A stretch of 64,000 bases of DNA from contig CM052817.1 in NCBI GenBank assembly GCA_028534125.1, forward strand, positions 106,766,001 to 106,830,000, written 5' to 3'. The notes beneath the pieces are model-generated. The model searched no databases. It worked only from the letters and a program-made list of their open reading frames with translations, and was not told the origin of the DNA. The position numbers and the translations under genes were made by a program. This document shows positions 1 to 12,720 of this stretch, one piece after another; position 1 is the stretch's first letter; each line of letters starts with the position of its first letter. Source of the stretch: Lama glama (taxonomy: Eukaryota).

Positions 1-344
1 TTAAGTTTCCGAAGGAAAAGTCTGCAGTTACTTTTTCCATTCTATAAGGTTTTCTAAATTTGAAATATTCTAAAATGTTTGAAATATTATGTATCAGCAT
101 ATCTTTAGACTTCTTTCTATTCCTAAAGCAATCCAGATTATTATCAACGAATTATTACCACCATTACAAGAAGCAAAAATATTTGGTATTTCTAAAGTTC
201 AATATTATTTTCTTTTTGAGACTTTAATATGTCTTATTTTTTCAGACCACAAAGCAGGTAAATTGATATGTGAAGAAAGAACTGGAAAAAAAAAAGCAAG
301 TCCTTGTGATTATTGTAAGTAATAAATTCTACTTATAAAAGTCC

Positions 345-880
345 AGTGGTTGTGATAAAAATATGTCCACAACTTTTCAAATATTTCTCCCTTTAAGAGA
401 TGGGATTTAACTCTTTTCCCCTTGAGTGGAACATGGCAGAAGTGATGTATCATTTCTGATATTAGGTTATGAAAAGGTTGTAGCTTCCCTTTAAAGTATC
501 AAAAAAAAATAATCTCTTTCTTAGAAATTCAGCTGTGATGTATTGAGACCACTCAGGCAGTTTCAGAGAGCTCCACATGGTGAGGAACTGAGATTTCCAG
601 CCGACAGACAGCAAAGAACTAAAAGCTGCCAACAAGCAAGAGAGTGAGCCTGGAAGTAGATCCCACTCACCCTCATCCCCAGTCAAGCTTTCAGATGACA
701 GCAGCCCTTTCCAATTGTTGGCTGTAACTTAAAGGCAAAACCTGAGCCAGAACCTTCCAACTACTGATAACTCTGACTTTAAAATTCCTGACTCACAAAA
801 ACTACAGGATAACAAATATTTGCTCTTTTAAGCTGCTGAATTTGGGAGTAATCGGTTATACAGAGATAGATAATTAATGC
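345..880 (+). mobile_element. MaLR (MLT1-type) solo LTR, decayed
   Basis: MLT1-like blocks 'ccacatggtgaggaactgag', 'ccccagtcaagctttcagatgac' and 3' end 'ttttaagctgctgaatttgggagtaatcggttatacagagatagataattaatgca'. Confidence 0.75.
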
Positions 881-1499
881 ATGCCCTAAATCATAGTATG
901 GGTTAAAGAGAGCAGACATCCCATTTGTACTTCCCCAACAGCCCTTGCTTTGTGGAATCACTCCCTTCCTGCCCTAAATAATCCTCCACAATTCATGACA
1001 TTCCTGGTATGACTTGACTTTTACTCCCTCCCTGGCAAGGAGGCCCAGACCAGCCCAGCAAATCAGAGTATGCAATGCCTTGAGCACAGTGACTGCTTCA
1101 GAGTGGAATGTTAAACTGCGCCAATCAGAATTCCCTCAAATAACGTTACCAAAGTTCCTGGGGAAAGCTTCGCCCTTCCTCAGAGATCAGCATTTCAAGT
1201 TTCACATAAGATTAAAGCTGTCAGGTCATCTTTTCACTGCATGGAAAGAGGCTTTCTGAAAATTAAGCCAGCAGATACGAGAAAGCAAGCAAATATGAGA
1301 CAGAAAGAGAGTGTGTTTTCATCCTACCTTTGAACCTAAATATACTATTATCTACCTTTTACCTCCGACTTAGATGAGCTTTTTTCCAAATTTCAGCTAT
1401 TGCAGGAAGTTGAGTTGGCTGTCTGTTTCTCAATGAGTCTGAATGAGTCAACTGAATGAGTTCTAATAAATTTGACAAATTTTATGAACTCAAAATACA

Positions 1500-4160
1500 C
1501 CTAAGACTTTTGCTTCTGGCCATGGTGAAGTTAACAGGAACAAGTTTTACCATCACCATAAAGAACTTCAACAAAATATGTGAAACCAGAGTTTTCAGAC
1601 ATTGGACGAAAGTCACCTCAGGGCAGTGATTCCTGAACAAAAGGAAACACATGATGTGAGGCCTTAAATTTCTCCAGCCTACTTGTCTGCAGAGTTCCTA
1701 GGTCTCAGCACAGAACAGTGGAAACCAAACAGACCCTGGGAGTCTTCCTGAATTGAAGAGACAGAGTTGAGAATTTGGGGAGTCCAAAGAAGCTAGAGTT
1801 TCTAGGTCAGAGTAAGAAACAGGAGAGTGGTACAGAGAGAGAAGTCTGAAAACCTGCAAGGGATTTCTCTTGAGTCTTCCGCTGAGTGCTTTTTAGCACT
1901 TGCATGTGAGGTTTGGTGAAGCAATTCCAGAGATCACTGCAGGCTGGGATAATTCATCCTCCTAACGGCTGGAGTGCAGAAATCTCTTAATGCGTGAGAC
2001 AACAGGTTACGTATTCAGAAAGGGATTATCTCAATAGTGGAGCCAAATTAGCTCCAGGCTAAAGGCTACTATGCTGTTTTCAAGAAACTTAGATAAACCA
2101 TAGAACAAATTTCAAAAAAATATGTGAAAGAATACAAAAATCTCAGAACCAGACAACATAAAATTCACTAAATCACCCTGATAATTTCATTTAACGTTGT
2201 ACTGGCCATCCTAAGCAGTGCATTAAAGAAGGAAATAAAAAACACACAGATTGAAGAATAAAAAAAATTTGCACTTAACATGAACAACTATGTAAAATAT
2301 CTTAAGAAATTTCCAAAAATCTACTAGAATTAGTAACAGAGGTTAGCAAGGCTTGCAAAATCAGTATACACAAATCAATTACAGTTCTACAAACTGGTAA
2401 CAAGCAATCAGAAATTTAAAATTTAAACTATACCATTTATAATAGCATGAAAATTTTTTAATATTTAAAGATAAATTTGACAAACTATATGTAATACTTA
2501 TACACTGAAAATTATAAAACATTGATGAGAAATTTTAAAGATGTAAAATGAAGAGGCATACCATTTTCAGGGGTCACACCAATTAATGTTATGATTTCAT
2601 TCTTCCTAAATTGTTGTATAAATTTAATGCAATCTCAAACAAAGTCCCAGTGGGTTTTTAATAGAAACAGACCATCTGACTCTTTTCTATGCAAATGCAC
2701 AAGACCTCAGAAAGCCAAAATGATTTTTAAAAGCAAAGAACAAAGCTGGAGGATTTATGCTATCCAATTTTAAAATACATTACAAAACTGCATTAATCAA
2801 GAAAGTGTGATATTGACATAAAGATAGACATGTAATTCAATGAAACCAAATAGAGAGTCCAGAAATAGATTTACACACATATGGTCAATGGATTTTAACA
2901 GAAGTGCCAAGGCCGCTCAATGGGGAAATAATAATCCTTCCAACAAATTGTGCTAGAGCAATGGGATAACTTTATTTTAAAAAAACAGAAGCCTTAATCA
3001 TTCTCTGGACATCATATTTAAAAAAAAAACTAATTATAGACTGAAATATAGGAGTTTAACCTATTACATTTCTAGGAGAACTCCTAGGGAAAAAGCCTTA
3101 GTAACCGTGGGTTGGCAACGATGCTTTAAATAGCATACAAAAAGACATTAACGAAAACAATCAATAAATCAGACTTAATTTAAATTTAAAAGGTTTATTC
3201 TTCATACGATATTGTTAAGAAAATATAGGAGCAATCCACAGACTTGGAGACAATATTTGCAAAACATACATCCAATAAAGGACTTGTATGTAGGACATAT
3301 AAGTTCTTACAATTCAATAAGAAGACTAGGAGTGAACAAGATAAGCAAAAGGTTTGGACAGACACTTGACCAAAGATATACAGATATTAATTCACGCATG
3401 ATAAAATGCTCAGCTTCTTTATTCTTTAAAAGGAAAACAAATGAAACCACACTGAGATACCACTACGTACCCACTGGAAGGATTAAAATTAGAAAGACTG
3501 AGGATAGCAAGTGTCAGCAAGAACACGGAGAAACTGGGACTCTCATGCCTGCTTTGACAATGTAAAATGATTTAGCCACTCTGGAAAACTGTGCATATTT
3601 CCTTCAAAAAGTTAAACATCCTTCTACCATTTGATCCAGCCATTCTGCTCCTAGGTTTTTACACAAATGAATGAAAGCTTATGCTACACAAGGATTTGTA
3701 CATAACGGATCTTAGAACTTTTATTTCTAATAGCCTCAAACCAGAAACAATTCAAAAGGCCACCAAAGAGAAATGAGCAGACAGATGAATGTATCCACAC
3801 GATGAAATATTGTTTGGCAATGAAAAGAAATAAGCTATTGATATGCACCACATCTGTGAATCTCGAAACGATTATGCTGAGTGAAAGAAGCCAAAGTAGA
3901 GGGCATACTGACTCCTTTGATATAAAACTCAAATAAAGTGCTAGCTAATCTATGTTGACAGAAAGTGGGCCAGGGGTTGCCTTAGGGTTAGTGGAGTGTT
4001 GGTGGAGGGGCATCACACAGGCACAGGGAAACCTTGCGAGGATGACAGATACATTCAATGTCTTAGTTACGATGATGGTTTCACAAGTGTCAAAATTCAT
4101 TAAGTTTTATACTTTTTGATATGAACTGTTTATTGTATGTCAATTATCCCTCAACTAACC
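1500..4160 (+). mobile_element. Old LINE-1 (L1M-type) relic: 5' region, deleted ORF2 3' half and 3' UTR
   Basis: A-rich ORF2-like text (e.g. 'ccaaatagagagtccagaaatagatttacacacatatggtcaatggatttt'); ORFs 2591-2773 and 3212-3565 are degenerate ORF2 pieces; 3' UTR ends near 'tgtatgtcaattatccctcaac'. Confidence 0.85.
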
Positions 4161-4584
4161 CATGAAAATGCCCTTTTTATTCCTGACTGAGACTGAAATG
4201 TTCTATCTATAAGAATACATAAACTCATTTTACCAAGAACTAGTACAGGAAGTAGACGGCAGAATCTTAGTGACAAAAACACTCCTCCCTGCGCATTTCA
4301 ACCTGCAGGGCACTTTTTACCCATGTGAAGACTTCAGGCTATCATGATTAATGATTACATTCAGAGCTAAAAATGGCCTGCAGCTCTGAATTTTGTCTTA
4401 ATGTTTGCATATTCCCACTGATCTTGAAACATTTGGCGCAAATAATATATTCCTGGTAAATGCTTTTGTTGTCTATATAATTGAGAAGTAGCTGACTATT
4501 TGAAGCTAAGAATATTTTTCTCACACCTGATCGTTTTCACACAGTATACAGTTGACAGATCCTCTGTTGAAGTTATCGATAAAT

Positions 4585-4820
4585 GTTCCTGACTCATAAA
4601 TGGAGCTAAAATAGACTACAAGATGGTAACTTCCTCGTCCCTCACCCACCTCACGCTCTTTCCGTGAAGCAAGAACTGTTCTGAAAAACAAAAAATCTCA
4701 AATGAGAAAGTAAACAAGCCTATCTCACCGAAGTATTCCCTAGATAAGGGCGGGGCTGAGTTTCTAAGAAGAGCACGTGCACGCACGCACGCAAACACAC
4801 ATGCACACGCACACACACAC
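4585..4820. promoter_or_regulatory. Candidate intronic enhancer (dense TF motif cluster plus alternating purine-pyrimidine tract)
   Basis: TGACTCA 4590-4596, AGATAA 4742-4747, GGGCGGGGC 4748-4756, TTCTAAGAA 4762-4770, CACGTG 4774-4779, then a (CA/CG)n tract; motif presence only, no functional data. Confidence 0.35.
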
Positions 4821-5504
4821 AACTGTATCTTGGAAATAGCCAAAGGAGAGTGAAGTGGCCAAAATCAGTAAAATGAACAGGTAAAGAGTGGAATGAATTA
4901 GAGGACCATGAAACAAGTCAGAGGAATAAAATAACATATGAGGCATGGATGAAGTTCAAATAAAGAAAAGAGTACAGAACTTAAGAACAAGAACTAAGTG
5001 TATGAATCCCACAATCATTTTTGTCACTAATATTTTCATCTTCATGGATATGTTGGCATTATGGCTTTTGGGATACGAAGAAATGTATGGTAGCCATTGA
5101 AAAGTAAGTTTTAAAATATCCAGATATTTTATATTACCATATACAATTTTACACCAAAAAAAGGAAAAAAACTTTGGTTATAATATATGTGTCTTGTAGA
5201 CAAGGTTTAAGGCTGTGCTCGGTTAAGGCCAAGAATCACACAGTAATAGTAATGTGTATGAACCCAATTTCAGCCAACATCCTACTGCTCTGCTCTGCCA
5301 ACAGTCCCCTTAAGTGACAAAGAGATGGAAGAAATGCCTCACTGAGAAGCAGGCAGGTTATGTGACAAGAACAGAATGCTGACTAACAACAGCAATGCTT
5401 CCTAATCTAAAGAAAAATAACCATGTATCTATTCCTAATTCCCCATGTTCATTCCTGACTGACAAAAATGAGCATTTAGTGTATGAATTTTTTTTTACTC
5501 TAAG

Positions 5505-5571
5505 AATTTTTTTATTGACATCTAGCTGATTTACAATGTTGTGTAAATTTCTGGTTTAGAGGAAAGTGATT

Positions 5572-5625
<54 letters not shown>

Positions 5626-6490
5626 CACACACACACAATTTTTTAGGTTCTTTTCCATTATATGTTCTTATAAGATACTGAATATAGTTACTTGTGCTAT
5701 ACAGTAGGTCCTTGTTGTTTACCTGTTTTATATACAATAATGTATATATGTTAATCCCACACTCCTAATTTATCCCTCCCCCCCCAACCCCTTTCCCTTT
5801 TGGTAACTATAGGTTATTTTCTATGTCTGTGAGTCTATTTTTGATTTGTAAATAAGTTCATTTGTATCTTTTTTTTTAGATTCCACATATAAGTGATATC
5901 ACACAATACTTGTCTTTATCTGACTTACTTCACTTAATATGATAATCTCTAGGTCCAGCCATGTTGCTACAAATTGCATTATTTTTATGGCTAAGTAATA
6001 TTCCATTGTATGTATGTACCACATATTCTTTTTTAATTGAAATATAGTCAGTTACAATGTGTTGATTTCTGGTGTACAGCATAATGTACACCAGACGCAT
6101 ATACATACATATATACCACAATTTCTTTATCCAGTCATCTTTCAATGGACATTTAGGTTGCTTCCATGTCTTGGCTACTGTAAATAGTGCTGCTATGAAC
6201 ATTGGGGTGCATGTATCTTTTTGAGTTAGAGTTTTCTCTGCATATATGCCCAGGAGTAGGATTGCTGGATCATATGGTACGTCTACTTTTAGTTTTTTAA
6301 GGAACCTCCATACTGTCCTCCATAGTGGCTGCATGAAACTACATTCCCACCAACAGTGTAGGAGGGTTCCCTTTTCTCCACACCCTCTCCAGTATTTATC
6401 ATTCGTGGCTGTTTTAATATTGGCCTTTCTGACCGGTGTGAGGTGTAGTTTGATTTGCATTTCTCTAATAATTTGTGATGTTGAAATCAC
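5505..6490 (-). mobile_element. 5'-truncated LINE-1 (ORF2 C-terminus plus 3' UTR)
   Basis: ORF 5930-6490(-) reads as L1 ORF2 C-terminus ('[63 protein letters not shown]'); AATAAA on minus strand at 5511-5516. Confidence 0.92.
5573..5636. repeat. (AGAT)13 tetranucleotide microsatellite followed by (AC)n
   Basis: Directly visible tandem repeat inside the L1 3' UTR. Confidence 0.97.
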
Positions 6491-6768
6491 TTTTAAGCCT
6501 ACCGATGACCAGACTCATGCCAGGTCTGCTTAGCTGAAACAGTTTTCAGAATAAGGAGCAATTCCTTGCCTTAGTAGATCTGATCTCTCTTGAGAAAGGG
6601 AGAAAGACTGTTAATAAGTGTCCCACATCCAACACATGTTCACACATATACACACATTCTCAGCGGGGTTCAATATATTTTAAAAATCACTAAAACTCAG
6701 AGATTAAAACATTTTCAGAAAAGAAGCTCTTCATTGGAATGTGTATAGCTCAACTTGTTGCTCATTTT

Positions 6769-6860
6769 TTTTTTCTTTTTAATGGAGGTGCTGGGGACTG
6801 AACCCAGGACGGTGGTACATGCTAAGCACGTGCTCTACCACTGAGCTATACCCTTCCTGC
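6769..6860 (-). mobile_element. tRNA-Ala-derived camelid-type SINE (Vic-1-like), short form
   Basis: Reverse complement 'gggtatagctcagtggtagagcacgtgcttagcatg..cctgggttcagtccccagcacctcca' plus poly-A; flanking 'gctcatttt' at 6760-6768 and 6865-6873. Confidence 0.88.
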
Positions 6861-6884
6861 CACAGCTCATTTTAGAAAACATTA

Positions 6885-7130
6885 AGTAACCTTTGCTGAG
6901 CACTGAGCGTGTGCCAAGCACAGTTCCAGATGCTTCATTCCATCTCATTTAGTCTTCGTCAAAACTCTCCATGAAGAGCTATTATTATCATCCTCCACTT
7001 TGTGGAAGTGAAAATGAGGCACAGAAAAATGAAATAGGATGCTCAGAATCAGAGAAGCTGGAAAACACTACAGCTTACGTTGAAACCCTGGGGATCGGAC
7101 TGCAGAACCCAACTCTAAATGCTGGATAGC
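6885..7130 (-). mobile_element. MIR SINE
   Basis: MIR core 'tattattatcatcctccactttgtggaagtgaaaatgaggcacagaaaa'. Confidence 0.75.
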
Positions 7131-7466
7131 ATCCCCTCTGATAGGACAAGTGAGGGTGACTGACGTTTTCAAAAGCCCCAAAGACCATCAAGTGTTCTTA
7201 ACCCAGGTCAGTTGCTTTGGCTTTAAAACACAAAGTTAAAATCAAACGCTGCAGGATTATTTTGTCAAATCAAACTTGGATCCACGAAGGAGTGAAAGCC
7301 CCTCACGATGGGGAGCCCGGGAACTTCCCAAGGGAAGGTCACCCTAGGGGTACAGAAGCATCAGGAGCTACAGCCAACCTGGCAGGCTGGCTCTCCTGAA
7401 GCACTGGCGCTGTCTGAAGTCTTCGGCTGTGATCACGGCAACCCCGGCGCTCCTGCTGCGACACAC

Positions 7467-7607
7467 CTGCTTTCCATCATGACAGGACCATCTCCGCCCA
7501 GCTAGGAGCTGTGTATTTCTGCAAATAGTGATTTCAGCAAAATGGTTCATCTCCAGGTTGTAACACGGCTTTTCAGGTGGGTCAGTTTAAGCCATTTTCC
7601 GACTGTT
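7467..7607 (-). other. Candidate 141-nt internal exon with stops in all three frames
   Basis: Minus strand: long pyrimidine tract 'tttttcctgttcttcctctctccttttcttcctaaag|' then 'aaagcag|gtgtgt' donor; non-repetitive and CpG-containing. Confidence 0.25.
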
Positions 7608-9154
7608 CTTTAGGAAGAAAAGGAGAGAGGAAGAACAGGAAAAAGGAACACTTTTAAAATGACAAAAATGGGATTTACTCTTATTTTTCCAAGACTCAAA
7701 TAAAGCTCAATCTGAGCATAAGTGTTTCTGTTCTTTCATTTAACCAAACTATTTTTTTAACTGAAACTTTCTATATGTATTTTTAAAATATAACCAAACT
7801 ACTTTTATCACTTATGTTAAGTCAGGGACAAATTAAAGTATTTTATCATTTAAAAATAAATAAATAAAAAGCTTTTACACCTCCCAGGGCAATGATTTGA
7901 GTAAATATGAGAACCTGCCATTTAGTTATTTACAAGGCAGATTCCAGGGTCCCCCCTCCTTGAAGATCATGACTCCTTATGTAGAGTGGAGCATGCATAA
8001 TAACCAATTTGGACTTTGGGATGGCTTTCTATGACAATCCACATTTTAATAACTATTTTCTCACTTTAAGTTATTAGTGCTTCAGTATTATTACTCTCCC
8101 TCAAAGTTAATATGTTTCCCTGTGACACAGGATACAAACACATGGGCACACACATGAATACGTCATTGTTCAAAAGCCAGGGATGCAATTATGATGCTTT
8201 CCTGCTTTCCCACTTCAAAGAGATGCTTTCTGTACCTCATCGTGCTTTGCTGTGGGATATCTGAACAGCATCTACTAGTAGGCAGAGAGCTCAGATTGGC
8301 CCGTGTGGCTGTGGAGGGCTTTCCCAACAGCCTTGACAGACGGCATGTTGTAGAGAAAACGATGATGGAGACCCAGACACAGGGTGTGTGTTGGGGGTGG
8401 GGGGGACAGACTGAAATTTGTGACTCTTATCCATAAAGGAGAGAAGGGATGTAAGAGAGACCAGGGAGGGGTGGGGGAGCCTGCCTTTGATTGAGAGCAA
8501 CCCTCACAGTAAGGCAGGAGAGCTTAGAAGTAAAAAGTACACACACAGGATTCTGTGATCTTCAGGAACATTTGTCATCTTTTGTGTCTTTTATGTACAA
8601 ACATACCAGAATTTCTGGAGTAGTAAAAATGATCTCCCAATCTCATCCAATCCATGACATAACCCTTGCTCAAGCCAACCACTTAAAATGTTTATGTCTC
8701 TGCTATTGATAACTTCCTTTCTCTTTTCACATCTTTGGCCCTTCGTCCTTTCTGAACACAGTCATTAGCATTTATTTTATTTTTACCCCTAACTCTAAGC
8801 CAAAGTATTTTCTAGTAAGAGTTCTCTCTTTCCAACCAGATTATAAGCTCTCTGATAGCAGAAAACCCACCCCGCTTGTGTATTTAAGCATACTTAATAC
8901 AGTGCCTTGTGAATTAGTTGAACACATCAAATAATTTATTTTTTTGAAATCCATTCATAACATGCCACCCAGAGGCCATCTGGCCTCCTCTGTTGCATGG
9001 AGGTAGAAGTTCTAGCATCCTTCAACCTGATCAAAGCACAGCTTCACTGACTCCTCAGAAACTTCTAGCACAACAAGCGTGCACAGTTGTGGAATTTCAG
9101 CCCTTCACTGAAGATTGCAAAAATGCAGGAGAGCAAAAGAGACAGCATCACATC

Positions 9155-9590
9155 CATGATGGCTGTTTTATGTGTCAAGTTAACTGGGCCACAGGGTGCC
9201 CAAGTGTTGGTTAAACATTGTCCACGTATGTCCGTGAGGGGGTCTGGATGAGATGAACATTTGACTTGTAGACTGAGGACAGCAGATTGTCCTCCGGCAT
9301 GAAGATGGGCCTCATCCAATCTGTTCAAGAACTTACTGAATCGAAAGCTGTAAAGAAGATTTCTTTCTCACTGCCTGACTGTCTTCAAGCTGGGACGTTG
9401 GTCTCTTCCTGACTTTGGACTCAGACCCAGACTGAGGTTTATACCATTGACTCTTCTGGTTCTCAGGCCCTGAGAGTTGGATGGACACTCCACCATCAGC
9501 TCCCTGGGCCTCCAGCTTGCTTACTGCAGCTAGGACTTCTCAGCCTACACGGTCCCATGAGCCAATTCCTCACAGTAAATCTCTCTTTCC
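9155..9590 (+). mobile_element. ERVL MLT2-type solo LTR
   Basis: 'tttatgtgtcaagttaactgggccacagggtgccc', 'gggcctcatccaatctgtt', 'tgagccaattcctcacagtaaatctct' match MLT2 as recalled. Confidence 0.85.
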
Positions 9591-9614
9591 TGCCTCCACT
9601 ACAAGAGGCCATCA

Positions 9615-9794
9615 GAGACGGCAGACACGGACTTTGGCTCTGGATTACCTGGATGCTCACCTGACTCCACCACCTGTAGGAGCAACCCTGAGTAAGTTAC
9701 TTAACCTGCCAATTTCCTCATCAGGAAAATGGGAATATTAATTGTACTTCCCTCACAGAGTCAGTGTGAGTATTAAGTGAATTAAAAGTGCCTA
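9615..9794 (+). mobile_element. MIR SINE
   Basis: 'ctgagtaagttacttaacctgccaatttcctcatcaggaaaatgggaatattaattgtac..gtgtgagtattaagtga'. Confidence 0.8.
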
Positions 9795-9796
9795 GC

Positions 9797-9980
9797 ACTA
9801 AACTACCATATATAAAATAGATAAACAACAAGGACCTACTCTATAGCACAGGGAACTAGATTTGATGGCTTTTAATAACCTATAATGAAGAAGAGTATGT
9901 ATATATACATATAACTGAATCAGTATGCTATGCACTAGAAATTAACACAACATTGTAAATCAACTGCACTTCAATTTTTT
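9797..9980 (+). mobile_element. Short L1 3'-end insertion into MIR
   Basis: 'tataaaatagataaacaacaaggacctactctatagcacagggaacta..ttgtaaatcaactgcacttcaa'; imperfect TSD aaaagtgccta/aaaaggtgccta. Confidence 0.85.
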
Positions 9981-10689
9981 AAAAGGTGCCTAACTCTTAG
10001 GAAGCACCATATGAGTATAAACTAATATGCATATATAGCCAAACTAAGAACCACTTTCAAAGAGGCCATAATAATATTACCTTTACCCCTACTATTCCTT
10101 TAAAAATCCAAATTTTAGGGAAAAAATGTTATTTACCTTTTTTCTCTCCTTTTCTTGAGCTATGTAAAGCATTTTCTTTCTAAAACAATTTCTCCATCCA
10201 TTCATTTTCTCTAACAGGCACTTGCCCCTGACTTACCCTAAGCTGCTCACTGGCTGGGAAGAAATCTTTCCATCTATTATGAATAATTTTCCTTTTAATA
10301 AAAAGAAGTTATAAAAATTTGCTTCATTTTCTTTTCCAACTTACTGCTTAAAAGAAAATAAATTGCCAGCCTCATAAGATGCCTTTTTAAAGACAAAAGT
10401 TTATTTTCACAAGAAAGAAAGTTATACATTAAACACACCACACACTCAAATCATTCACTGAAAGGATAAAATCACTCACCAAAAAAAACTCATATCTAGT
10501 ATCTTGATTACCAATATCTCGTGTTATATTTTTAAGTCTACCTTTAATAAAAGCTTTAGTCACATGAATTTTAGGAAAAAAGAATTTTATTCTAAGCTCC
10601 TACTTAACTCTCTTTTTTGGTCCAAATGATTTGTGTAATATTTTTGCCTCTGTTCCTTGCTATACATGCCCCCTTTAAAAGTCCCTCTA

Positions 10690-11119
10690 TCACCTCTCTA
10701 CTAATGAAATGCTCTTTTAGGCATTAACCAATGGCCTTGCAGCTAGAACCCAAGCTGTTTTCTCCATTTTTATTTATGTTGTTTACTGGGGTCCCCTTTA
10801 TCTCATCTCATGACAGCTCCTAGCCCTCCGCCACCATTACCAAAGCTTCCATTCTAGCCCTTAACCCATTTCTTTGTGTCCGCTTCTTCAGAAAGATAAC
10901 ACATTATCAACACTTTAACATCCCCCCATGCTGACTGACCCTCAGCTCCACATACCACCAGGGCCATTTCTTCACTTGAATATCAATCGCCATCTCAAAT
11001 CCCAAATGTCCAAGCTCAGTGAGGTCCCTCACCCAAAGCACACCCCTCTCCTCTCCCCTCCTCCCACTGGTACCATCTTTCTTTGACCTGATCTTCAAAT
11101 CTAAGAAAACCATCATTAT
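10690..11119 (+). mobile_element. L2 LINE fragment
   Basis: C/T-rich L2-like text 'cacttgaatatcaatcgccatctcaaatcccaaatgtccaagctcag'. Confidence 0.55.
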
Positions 11120-11645
11120 CGTCAAAGCAAAAACTGCACTAGACAAAATTAAACAAGCAGGGAAGACTTTATAGGAAATAGAGGTCAGAAGTCAGTCTGA
11201 ACTTGACTGCTGAATCCAAGGGTGAGAGGGTTTTTAAGCCCTGGCGTGAGCTTGTAGAAAAGTATGTTACCGGAGGGCGTTAGGAAGAAATTATAGGTCA
11301 GATTTATCTTCCAACTGACTTGATTCCAAAGCAAATTAAACCTCTCGTCTCTGTGTAACTTGGAACAAAGTCCCCACCCAAGTCAGGTACTGACTCTCCC
11401 ATAGAGACCAGGAGACAGGGCCGCTGGTGACATTTCAGAGTCTTTGAGAAAGCATTCCTGGGTTGTAAAACTGACAAGAGGCTGTTGAAAAGATTGATAT
11501 CTCAAGGGAGCAGAGAAAGAATTTACAGTTATAAGTCTTCTACAGTAAACGCTGTAAGGAATGGGAGGTGGGGGACCTAGAGTCAGGAAGAAGCCCGTCC
11601 AAAGTTCAGTCACACTAAGGGTGACAGTAAGACGCTCTCGGTCAC
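11120..11645 (-). mobile_element. ERV1 solo LTR, MER67/MER31 group
   Basis: 'ttgagaaagcattcctgggttgtaaaactgacaagagg..gcagagaaagaatttacagttataagt..cctagagtcaggaagaagcccgtccaaagttcagtca' is the reverse complement of the recalled MER67-like consensus. Confidence 0.75.
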
Positions 11646-11986
11646 TGTCATCATCCACCAACAGTTACAGAGAGCTTGTCATGAACGTGGTCCTTGGTCA
11701 AGACATTTAGGTGGATGATCTCTACATTTTCCATCCATCACCTGTATCACAGCACTTGCCACACACTATCCTATCAACTCCAGAGCTGGAAAAGAACTTA
11801 CGTAAGTAGATAAGCTGTTATACCCTTACCATTGCAAGTACCTTAAGAATAAACTTTTGGGATTATTAACTACCCAGCAATAGTTTAACTGTTTGAAAGA
11901 ATAAAGTGTGAGCTACAGAGACCGAGAGGATGTAAAACGTAATCCCTCCCATAAGTGCTTTCCGCCCTTGCAGCTGCTTATCTCAC

Positions 11987-12380
11987 CTGAGTCGCCAGCC
12001 TCGGAATTTAGCAGAACTGTCCCTAGAGCTCCTTCGTGTGCTCGTGCAGACAGTGTTCCCAAGTATCAGACCACTTGGTGGAAAATTAACTATCTCCAAT
12101 TGTGGAGCCTTCTTGAAAACTGATCTTCATCAGTTAACGTCGGGATGAGGGGTAGAGGATGAAAAGCAGGAATGAAATGGGTAGGAGTTTTGACCTGGGC
12201 TGATGTGTCTGATAAATTGGAGCTCCTCTAGGAAAAAAAAGCTCTGAGAGAGAAAATGAGCTTATTCCTTAAGGAAGGAAATATTCCAGAATGAGCATCG
12301 TGCTGTGTTCAGGATACGGGACACCCCTAGGGGATGCTTTGTCTAAGGGCTGGTCGTGAGAGGCAGTAGGCGCTTTCCTG
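11987..12380 (-). other. Candidate non-coding 5' exon of a minus-strand gene (tentatively FILIP1-like; 5' limit uncertain)
   Basis: Repeat-free sequence running out of the CpG island to the strong donor 'gactcag|gtgaga' at 11987/11986; no long ORF crosses the donor. Gene identity is unverified recall only. Confidence 0.5.
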
Positions 12381-12720
12381 CTGACCAGAGAGGGAGGAGA
12401 ATGGCAGGGGTTAGTGGTCCAGGGGTGCTGAGCAGTGGGGCAGGCTGCCGTCTGCAGTGGATGAGAGCGGGTGGCCCAGAGCAAGTCGGCAGCAGCGGTG
12501 AGCGGTCCTGGAAGTCCGCCGCCCGGCAGAGCAAGCAGCCGTGTGGGCAGGGCCGGCAGGCTGCCGCGTGGAGGCGGACCGCGCAGAGAGAGACCTCGGG
12601 GTCCAGCGGGCAGCACAGCCGCCGGAATGCAGCCCTGCAGATTCCGGTTCCGAAACAAATGTGAAACCCTTCCTTCCTCCCGGGGGGCCCACCTCCCGCA
12701 GGAAAATCAAGTTACCGAGA
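12340..12720. promoter_or_regulatory. CpG-island-like promoter region
   Basis: Most GC- and CpG-dense non-repeat segment of the window; CCGGAA 12622-12627 and TTCCGG 12642-12647 (ETS), GGAATG 12624-12629 (TEAD/MCAT). Confidence 0.7.

Noticed and set aside
5930..6490. 186-aa ORF with CCHC-like motif
   Set aside because: Truncated L1 ORF2 C-terminus running into the 3' UTR; not a host gene
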